A stretch of 58,526 nucleotides of DNA, counting the filler, from Sphacelaria rigidula (Eukaryota): the NCBI GenBank assembly GCA_964200075.2. It is 7 parts of 7 records of this genome, joined end to end, with 100 filler letters (N's around TTAATTAATTAA, not from the genome) between each part and the next. Parts side by side here need not be neighbours in the genome. Positions count along the whole stretch, not along the records: positions 50,252 to 58,526 come from CAXNAA020011693.1; 6 more parts are not named here. One strand, given 5' to 3'. Below the pieces are notes generated by a model. The model did not search any database. It saw only the letters and a list, made by a program, of their open reading frames with translations, and was not told the origin of the DNA. Position numbers and translations under genes: made by a program. This document shows, piece after piece, positions 50,152 to 58,526 of the stretch (position 1 is its first letter; the number at the start of each line of letters is the position of its first letter).

Positions 50152-50251
50152 NNNNNNNNNNNNNNNNNNNNNNNNNNNNNNNNNNNNNNNNNNNNTTAAT
50201 TAATTAANNNNNNNNNNNNNNNNNNNNNNNNNNNNNNNNNNNNNNNNNNNN
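50152..50251. other. Artificial contig spacer
   Basis: N44-TTAATTAATTAA-N44. Confidence 0.97.
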
Positions 50252-50309
50252 CCCTACAAAGCCGGGACGGAGCACGCCGGGTTTTCGCCGGACCAGGCTT
50301 GCACTCAAA
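50252..50309 (+). repeat. Family A repeat truncated at contig start
   Basis: CCCTACAAAGCCGGGACGGAGCACGCCGGGTTTTCGCCGGACCAGGCT. Confidence 0.85.
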
Positions 50310-50781
50310 CCACCAAGCGCGTGTGAAAGCTTTAAACGGTGCGTTGACGTCGTGAGTGCGATCGACATTGCGCTGGATGCCTTGACGGAGGCCCTTGGGT
50401 TTGAGCCGTTGTAGGCACCAGGAACCATGTGGTGCTGATGGGCTGATTGATGGTGTATAACGCTGGGCGGAGCTTGAGCTGCACGGGCCCAGGGTCACCG
50501 ATGAAGCGAACGATGTAGTCATCCGCCGCGAGAGGATCGGCTGAGTGGATTTGACCCAACCACCAGAGGTTGTCGCTGCTTTTGTTTCACAAGTAGGCAC
50601 TTTTGGAGAGCACGCCCTCTTTTGCGCGGATCTTATCATCCCATTGTTTCGCGGGTAATAATTCGTAACCATCAGCAACAGAGCGTAGTCCTCTGTCACG
50701 ATGAAGCGCGCGGGCTGCAGCGCCGTGGCGAATATTGCGATATTTCTTGTTGTCAGCAAGATGTTGCTATGCGGGTTACGT

Positions 50782-50940
50782 CCAGTAGAGGAGAATTGCA
50801 CGGCGGTTCAACTGAAGGTTGGATTCACGTTTCCAAGACGCTCGCCGAAGACCGTGCCAGAGGTTCTTGTACATGACGGCGATTCTGCCTACTCGTCCGC
50901 GAGTAATTTGGTGGCCGGAGATATGGGACACGGCCAGGCG
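50782..50940 (-). pseudogene. Chromodomain-like region of the integrase tail
   Basis: LAVSHISGHQITRGRVGRIAVMYKNLWHGLRRASWKRESNLQLNRRAILLYW fits V..I..H...G....Y...W.G....(S/T)W..E.NL.....I..Y. Confidence 0.7.
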
Positions 50941-51020
50941 GAAAGGTTGTGCGGTCACGTCGTCGGTAGTAACGTGATAAGGCGGTGACTTGGTCGACTA
51001 GCTATTAACCACGTATTGTG

Positions 51021-52228
51021 TTAAGCCGGCAGGCAAATATTTCGGCATGTCACTAGTGTCATGCGGGTTCGTGCAAGGTTTGCACTGGTGCACGGAGACG
51101 CGGGACTTTGCGTCATGTCCCTGAAAGTCGCGAGGGGGGTCAAGATAAACGAGCTTGTCGCCAACAGACTTTCCATCAGGGGATGATGACGAGGGGCCGA
51201 CGGAAAAATCTTAAATGTTCCTGTCCAGTTGAGCGATAATCTAGTCTTTAAGACTGCCTCGTTGGCGGCCCTGTCAGTGCCTTGGCGGATGGTCGACAAA
51301 CTGTTGTAAACCCACACCTAATCGCCAACCTTCCAGGTGGGACGTTTGTGCATCAAGTTCTAGAGAGCGGCGTTGGATCTCTCAAGGCGCGAGACGTTGG
51401 TAGCGTGTTGTTCACGCACGGGGGTGAAGGCTTTGCGCTGTCGCGCACGCGCGAGGTCATGGTAGGGCATCTGATCCTGATCCAGGCCTTGGTGGCCATC
51501 GCTGGTGTATCTTTCGAACACGGTGATGGACAATCGAGGGTAGCGCCCGAGTTGTAGTTCATCCAGAGAAAGACCAGTAGCGGCGCTGACCGAGTTGTTG
51601 TAGGACAGCATAACATGCGAAGATGGAGGTCCCAGTCATTGTGGCGGTTGTTGACAACCATAGAGAACATATGTCCCATAGTGTGATTAACACGTTCAGT
51701 TCCACCATTTTCATTGGGGTGGTGAGCGCTCGTGGCAATCTTGCGAATGCCTAGGAGCTTGTAGAGTGCATCGGAGAGGTCGGAGCAAAATTGCTGACCA
51801 TTGTCGGAGAGGAGTCCTTTCGGGCAGCCATAGTGCTTGATATAGTCGTGGGCCAAAATGTCAGCTGTGCCTGCGGCTGTGAAGTCTCCACACGTGGCAG
51901 CGTACATGGACGCATGGCGGCTGAAACGATCAGTAAAGAGTAAAATGTAGGTGTTCCCACGATCCGTAGTCGGTAAGGGACCGAAATAGTCGAACGACAC
52001 AAGATGGCCACGGGCGTTGGAAAGTGCCATAGGAGTGACGGGCCAACGTATTGTCTGTCGTAAAGTTTTGCGGACTTGGCACTTGAAGCAGCGCCGAATC
52101 CAAAAACGGGCGGACGCTTCCATACCGATCCACCAGTAGAAGCGTTCAAGTAGCGTCAGTGTGCGCGTGACACCCAGGTGACAAGACAAGTCAGAGTGGA
52201 AGCCTTTTATCACCCATGGTCGCATCAA
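51021..52228 (-). pseudogene. Integrase (HHCC zinc finger, rve core, GPY/F-type tail), disrupted
   Basis: FHSDLSCHLGVTRT...CFKCQ; SFDYFGPLP; TDRFSR; LLSDNGQQF; HPNENGGTERVN; WTGTFKI. Confidence 0.92.
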
Positions 52229-53107
52229 AAATGAAACATGGATGCGGGTGGGTCCGTCATTGTGTAGTCGTGCGTTCAGAGGTCGCGGTTAAAGGTGTAC
52301 CCGACGGGGGCGTAGGGCAACGGAGAAGTAATGGAATACTGTCATCAGTGGTAAAGACGGTGCCCTTACGGGCTACTTTATTCACCTCGGAGGCGTTGAG
52401 TGGTGGCAGGGTACCAGCCGACGCCAAAGTATCGTCTGGAATAGGGATGGGGGAGCCAAGCTGTAAGTACCGCATGGTCGCGCAGCATAATGGTTCTACT
52501 TGTTGTTCACGAGCTCAATCACAATGAAAGTAGCTGGCGAGGAATTCGCGCAGTTGACCTTCTGCTGAAGAGCCAACAAAGCATGGGGGCTCAGGGAGGA
52601 GCGGAATTGGCGATGAGGCGGGGGTGTCGACGCCAAGATCCACATCGCGTGCAAGGCCTAAGGCAGGTTCTCCATGAGCGTGAGGTGCGGGCTTGGCCGG
52701 TGTCGCGGAAAGCGCTGTCGACGCAGGGCGCGATGGGGAGCGTGATTGACGTTTGTTGCGCGTAGTGCGCATGTCGGGCGTTGACAGCGAAGCTCGGGGC
52801 GCCTGGGCGCTCGGTGCCGACGCGGTGTGGCTCTGGGAAGCAGTAGGCATTGCTGGTGGTGCCGGGGCACGTGAAGAGTTGGTACGGGTGCCGGTGGCGG
52901 CGCAGAAATGATTGCACGAGGACCGAAAGTGCGGAAATCGACGAAATTAGCGGTCGTGAGCTTTAGTCCATCCAAGACTGCATCATATGGATGAGGGCGA
53001 GGACTTCCAATGTGTGTACCCGTGTCAGGGCAGTGCAGGTCAAAGGCGTATATGTGCGTGGGAAAACGTCGGATGGTGTAAATGCCTGGTTCATTAGGTC
53101 CCGTAAG

Positions 53108-53608
53108 TCAGCAGGCTGGACTGAAGTCGACTGCCGTTGGAGGCAGGGGCAAGCGGGAAAGGAGGTCAGCATTCCCATTGATCTTGCCTTGATGATGCCT
53201 AACAGTATACTGATAAGCAGTCAAAAACTCCAACCAACGCTGTACACGTGGATCATGTTCGCCAACCTTAGCGAGTTGTTCGAGGGCGCCGTGGTCCGTA
53301 TGTATGTGGAAAGGCACGCGGAATAGATATTGTCGAAGGCGCTTGACAGCCCAAGTAATGACTCCGCCTTCAAACTCGAGTGGACTCCAATTTGCCTTAT
53401 TGGATAGGGTGGCACGGCTGATATACAGGATGGGTCGGATAGAGTCATACAGTTGCCGTTGGTTCAAAACCGCGCCGAACCCGTCGGTGCTAGCGTCGGT
53501 GTGCAGTTGGAAGAGGCGAGAGCCATCTTGTACTGCCTCCCAGTCTTGAAAACAGAGAACCGTTTTTTCGGTAAGTGTCTTCAGCAATTCGCGGATGATA
53601 GTTTTCAT
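53108..53608 (-). pseudogene. RNase H (Ty3 type)
   Basis: FQLHTDASTDGFGAVLNQ...YISR...WSPLEFE...IHTDHGAL...RVQRW...GKINGNADLLSR. Confidence 0.92.
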
Positions 53609-53609
53609 A

Positions 53610-54683
53610 TCGTCCGTGAAGACAAACGCGACGCCTTTCTTCAGTAAGTCTGTGATGGGGCGAATCCGTTTCGACAGGTTGGTCGAAATTTTGCGATAGT
53701 AGGAGAGTCCACCTAGCAGTGAGCGAAGCTGAGAAATGTTGGTGGGGCAAGTCAGTCATCGCCTGGACTTTATTAGTGTCTGGGTGAAGGCCTGCTGGGG
53801 AGGTGAAATGGCCTAGGATATCCAATTCAGTCGCCCCGAGGCGAGCTTTGGATGGAGACAGTTTCAGATAGTGCATGCGCAAACGAGAAAGGAATTCCCG
53901 TAAGGTGCGAATATGTGTCTTAGGCGAAGTATCGAAAGCGATAGCGTCGTCAAATTACATGATGAGGTGTTCGAGGCCGTCGGTGACTCGTTGCATCAGG
54001 CGTTGGAAACAGCCTGGTGCAGTGGCGGCACCTTGTGGCATACGGAGCCATTCGTAGAGCCCGGAAGATGTACACAACGTTGTTAGTGGACCTGTGTCAG
54101 GGTGGATGGCACTCTGGAAAAATCCAGGAGCGAGGTCGAAGGTACTGAATATTTTTCCTTCACCCAGGGAGTCAAAAACTTCATCGATTCCGGGGATCGT
54201 AAGTTTTCCCACGACGGTGACGCGGTCCAACCGTTTGTAATTCACGGTGACGCGTATGTTGCTATCCTTTTTGTGGACAACCACGAGGGGTGAGGCCCAT
54301 GGGGAGGATGAATGTTGGATCAGACCAGCTCCCAAGTATGCATCTAGAATGACATTGACTTTTCTAGTAAGGAGGGGGTTCGTCCGATATGACCGAGAAG
54401 AAACTGACGAAACGCCGGGTTGTAGGGTGGTCTCAAAAGGCGGTGTTTTACAATGCCCTAAATCCGTTTCGGATCGGGAAAAGCGATCTAGATACTCCTG
54501 TAGAACACCTTGTAATTCCGAGATTACATCCGGTTTCCAACCGAGTCCATGTGAGTCAAAATTAATGTCACGCAAATGAGGTGGGAGTCGGTGCCACATG
54601 CGCACGAACCTTTCCCGAGATTCTGATGAGAGGCGTTGAAGTACCTCATCAGGAGGGTCGGAAGGTGGCCGAACAGGATCCAT
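53610..54683 (-). pseudogene. Reverse transcriptase, inactivated
   Basis: SSSPWASPLVVVHKKD, RVTVNYKRL, FSTFDLAPGFFQ and GLYEWLRMPQG are present. The YxDD motif reads *FDD (TAA at 53955). Confidence 0.93.
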
Positions 54684-55430
54684 TGTGTGTACTTGTGGCG
54701 GGGATGAAGATGTGAGGTCGAAATAGGGTTCATCGACGCAGTGGAAAGAGCTGTCTGTCTGAGTTGCGTAATCGGGTACAAATGAGTCGGCGACACAAGT
54801 TTAAGCGGGATTTTTTTTCCTCGATGGAAGGACCAGACCCAACCCAACAGTTACCCCGCGAGCGAGTTCGTGTGCCGATTACCCGAAGGCTCGGCTAGAC
54901 CACCTCGCGGCAGTCATGTGCGGAAGGCGCCTCGAGCGGTGGCTCAAGGCAGTGTGGGGGATGCTCCCACTGAAACCCCCATATCAACTTGGCGCAGTGC
55001 ACGCGCCGCCCTGCTCTTAAGAGCTTCGGCTCTAGGTTTGAAGCGGGATGTGTATCAGGGGAGCCGCGGCAATACCCAAGACATCACCAGGTTCCAAATT
55101 AGCGTGACCCGTAAGGGGCAGGACTTGTTTCCCTGCAGAGACAAGATGCTCGGTGCCAGCAGGTGCGCCAACCTTAAGAAGCATTTCTGCGAAGTAATGT
55201 CCGGTGAGGGCAGGCATGCCATTGCGACGAACGAGGGCAACTTCTGAGAGTTGGGGATCATCGGAGAGGGTAACACCAGCACTACCATCATATCGTAGGT
55301 GGTAATTAGCTCCGGTGGCTTGATGATTATTTTGGTAGGCCAAGGCGCCGTGAGGCGTACCGAAGTGTTCAAGGTTGAGTTCGCCACGAGGCGCTGATTG
55401 TGATGATGGTGGTAACGTGCGGTAGATTCG

Positions 55431-55760
55431 TTAGTCAAACCCCATGCAACTATATCTGCTCAGGAGCAAGGCGTGATTCATGGTGCTGTCGGGGATGATG
55501 CATTTCCAGACCGCGAGACTGGCAGAGCGCGTGTCGTTATGGAAGAATTGCACACTGAGACGTACGGATTTCCGTGTTGCCAATGGTGTGTTGGAGTCGC
55601 TCAAATCGCCCCATACACGGGGTTGGGTGATGATTTCACAAATGTCCGAAGCAGCGCTATGCTGTTTTATGTGTTGCCACATGGATTTTCTTATAAATGT
55701 GAGCTGCCACTATCCAACAAGGATACACATTTGGCAGGCGCGGAAGCACAGGGTCCGCAA
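55431..55760 (-). pseudogene. Retropepsin-type aspartic protease, frameshifted
   Basis: CVSLLDSGSS catalytic motif; the downstream ALLLSR corresponds to a degenerate LLG(R/D) motif. Confidence 0.75.
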
Positions 55761-57090
55761 TATAACGCGACACGGGTGGTGAAGGTGACTGGATCGACAG
55801 ACATTTCACCATCGAGAAGGTCGGAACCATGTTCAGGCAAGGTGAGCTGGTCTTGGTCGGACGGGCTGACGGCGAAAGCAGACGACGGGTGATGTGCCGA
55901 GGGATCAGCTGTGTCCCCAGGTGATAGAGATTGTGGTGGATAGCTATGTGTAGCACGGCTTGTATCGTCAGCATGATCAATTTCGTAGATGACAGTCTTG
56001 GGAAAGCAAGGATCAGCATCGAAGGGGGAATCGTGCCGTGTGGTGCTAGGGTCATCCATTGAATGGGCAGTAACGTCATAAATATCCGATTTGGTTTCTT
56101 CGGTGGTGCCTGGTAAAGCCGTCGAGCTCAAAGTCGTCGCATTTTGAAGAGAATGAGGTCGGGGTTTTCCGCTCGAGAGAGCTGTACGTGTTTGTGCGCG
56201 CGCTTCTTTGGGCGCACGTTGACGGGGCTTCCTTTCTCGCTGTGACAAGGGGCGGGGAACTTCCAAGATATCTTGGGAAACCTCAACTGCGTCCAGTTGA
56301 GTGGATGGGGTCAGCATCGAGGCGCGCTCTGCCGAAACTTGTGGACTGTCCGCTGGCAAGCTTGGTTGAGAAGTCACAGCCGAAGGTAGATTGAAGTGAT
56401 TGTTGTGTGAACCATTCAGGAGCAGCTTCGCGTGGTACGAGGAACGCGAGGAACAAGCTCGATCAAACTGGGTGGGTGTCGGGTGATCCGAAGTGATCAA
56501 TTTTGGGTCAGCAACACTTGAACCAGTCGAAGGGACTGTACTACTACCTGCGCGTGCGGTCGCTGAGGGAAGCCGTTGCCTCAGAGACGGGCGGTTGGTG
56601 TTCCCACACCTCAGATTTCCTCTTAGTTCTGGAGGACCAAGTCCAGACCCAAGTGTAGAGCTGAGTGGTGAGTCAACGCAACTGTTACGCTGTGTATGTA
56701 GGGATAAAGACGGCTGTCGATATGATCGGCCGTCTCTAGAATTCCTCCGTAATGTCGGGGAAGGTCAGTGAGAAAGTTTTGTCACTTGTTCCACGGAGTG
56801 TGTTGGTGGTGTTGAAGACTCTATAACGCCGGCGTCAGCGCGTCATGGATCAGTACGATCTGTCCTGAATGAGCCAGGGTTCCTGGCGTTGGGGTTCGAG
56901 TTATCTCGAAGAGACCCCGCGCGCTGACGTCGAAAGGTTCAATTGCGGTGGTGGCGGAAATCACTATGTCCTCGGTGAGAGCCAGAACTGTCGTGGGTGA
57001 TGGAGCGGCGGTCGCGACTTGAGCGAATGGTGCCGCGTGTGCGAGAGTATTGACGAGAAGTGCGATTAGGTGTACGGTAATCACGCGTGC

Positions 57091-57294
57091 ATTTTTGCCA
57101 TCGGCGCCGTGCTGGCTCGTTGTCCTGTAATTCAAAGCTCATGAGCTGAAAAGTGTTGGCACAAACTTCAGCGCAGTCATGCATACTGTGTGTAATTTTT
57201 GCCATCGGCGCCGTGCTGGCTCGTTGTCCTGTAATTCAAAGCTCATGAGCTGAAAAGTGTTGGCACAAACTTCAGCGCAGTCATGCATACTGTG
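57091..57294. repeat. Perfect 100-bp direct duplication separated by TGTA
   Basis: 57091-57190 is identical to 57195-57294. Confidence 0.9.
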
Positions 57295-58277
57295 ACCATG
57301 ACCATTGCAATTGATGCATGTGTTAGCGTGGCGACGGAAAGCGTCCTTGCGAGCCGAAGGCGGAAACAAAGGAGTCCACAAGTGTGGGTCATCCGTGATA
57401 AAAGCGGTGGTCGACACGATGTATACATCATCCCGAGTCTCTGTAGAATAAGGCCAATCGTCGAAGCTTGCCTTAAAGGGATCTTTCGGGCTCTTAACTA
57501 TCATGACTGATCCTCCAACAGAGTTGGGTGTTCATGTACTGCGAGACGAAATGTGTTGTCGTCCATGAGGCCCAGGGGTGTTCACGGAGGGAGCACAGTA
57601 AAAGACTGCGAAGGCCCGGAAGAATAAGGGGAGCCACGAATGGCAGGCATCAAATTGCTTTCCTCATTGACGAATGCAGTCCACATCGCATGTACAGAGG
57701 CGTAAGGCACCTCTTTGTGTGCCAAGGGACTAGGGAACAAAGGCGGCATCAACATGGAGAACTGCTGGGCGATACTATTCCGAACGTACGTTTGACACAT
57801 GGCATCACTCGGGCCGTGGTGACGGCCAGTGCCAGTGGTGCTGGAAACCAAAAGCTTGAATTCGCGCAGATATTCTGCGAAAGGAACATTCGACGCTACC
57901 GTGAAGGAACTAAGACGCTTGATTGCGCCTGCCTGGTCACTCGTATCAAAATAACTTATGATACACCTTTCCAGATCACGGAACAGAAGCGGCGATCTCG
58001 TTCCGTTGGCACTATCCGTATCCGACGCGGCGAAGAAGGTGTCGAAGATCTGGGTAAACGATACGGCGACATCGGGCGAACGGCGGCTGATAGAATGATA
58101 CATCGCCTTGTGCAAGGGAGTCTGCCAACCATCAACCCAGTCGGAATTCTCAACACATTGTATTCCGTGGCATCGGCTAGTTTCAGGATGTCTTTCACCG
58201 TCGACGCCAGTTATGAAGGTGTTGGCCGGGATACCTTTTGTATCAGCCAAACCTGTCGTTGTGCAACAAGGGCACAA
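57139..58277 (-). pseudogene. gag: gag with CCHC zinc knuckle, disrupted
   Basis: CINCNGHGHSMHDC matches CX2CX4HX4C. The region lies upstream of the protease and is homologous to 1-600. Confidence 0.8.
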
Positions 58278-58526
58278 CCAATATAGGCTGTTAACTCACA
58301 CCCTATGTGGTTCACGCGGGAGGTTCTCGCGCCTATTGAATCAAATAGGAAGCTGGTTCTCACTTTATTCACCGGGCGATTCTCGTTCCTAGCTTACAAT
58401 CGTAATCACCAGAGGCAATGTAGCGGTTGATGCTGAGTGTCCAAGCTGAGGATGGCACAGGTAGGGGAGGTCAATGCCTCTCCTCGGTCCTATCGCCTAC
58501 AATCGGGAGGCACGCTGCCCCCCTGG
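58270..58526 (-). repeat. Possible PBS (TGGTTGTGCCC) and partial 5' LTR
   Basis: The minus strand reads ...CCTATA-T-TGGTTGTGCCC (LTR end TA rather than CA). The region is non-coding with a minus-strand AATAAA, and loosely resembles the contig-1 LTR (TTCTCG..CCTAGC). Confidence 0.4.

Larger units (their letters stand above)
50320..58526 (-). mobile_element. Decayed Ty3/Gypsy chromodomain-bearing LTR retrotransposon
   Basis: Domain order on the minus strand is gag, CCHC knuckle, protease, RT, RNase H, integrase, chromodomain. There are many stops and frameshifts. Confidence 0.95.

Noticed and set aside
8277-50251. Regularly spaced TTAATTAATTAA motif every 8375 bp as a biological periodic element
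   Set aside because: It is always embedded in N44 padding and gives stops in all six frames, so it is an assembly linker.
50580-51325. Trp-to-stop changes (here twice, plus ~524) as deaminase-type G-to-A hypermutation
   Set aside because: There are only three cases. TGG codons readily yield stops by ordinary transitions, and other lesions are of different types.

Overview
This is eukaryotic genomic DNA, almost certainly from a brown alga (Phaeophyceae): it has mannuronan C5-epimerase exons and GT-AG intron-rich genes. The window is not one locus. It is seven contigs of 8275-8276 bp joined by identical 100-nt spacers (N44-TTAATTAATTAA-N44), so adjacency across a spacer carries no biological meaning. 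Contig 1 holds the 5' part of a Ty3/Gypsy element (LTR, PBS, long leader, disrupted gag-containing ORF) plus MITEs. Contig 2 holds a RAD23-type XPC-binding-like exon, a long inverted repeat, piggyBac-like and Harbinger-like non-autonomous elements, and SINEs. Contig 3 holds a decayed RTE-like LINE and three exons of a KH-like protein. Contig 4 holds a head-to-head pair of a DUF2439/SNF2 RAD54B-like gene and an RFC small subunit gene. Contig 5 is almost entirely repeats and transposon debris. Contig 6 holds the last three exons of a mannuronan C5-epimerase. Contig 7 holds a decayed Ty3/Gypsy element (gag-ZnK-PR-RT-RH-IN-chromodomain). The most intriguing observation is a second, PWWP/Tudor-like domain after the chromodomain at the integrase C-terminus. 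Also notable are two related poly-G-led short repeat families that sit at five contig ends. All domain calls were made by eye from motifs; no searches were run.
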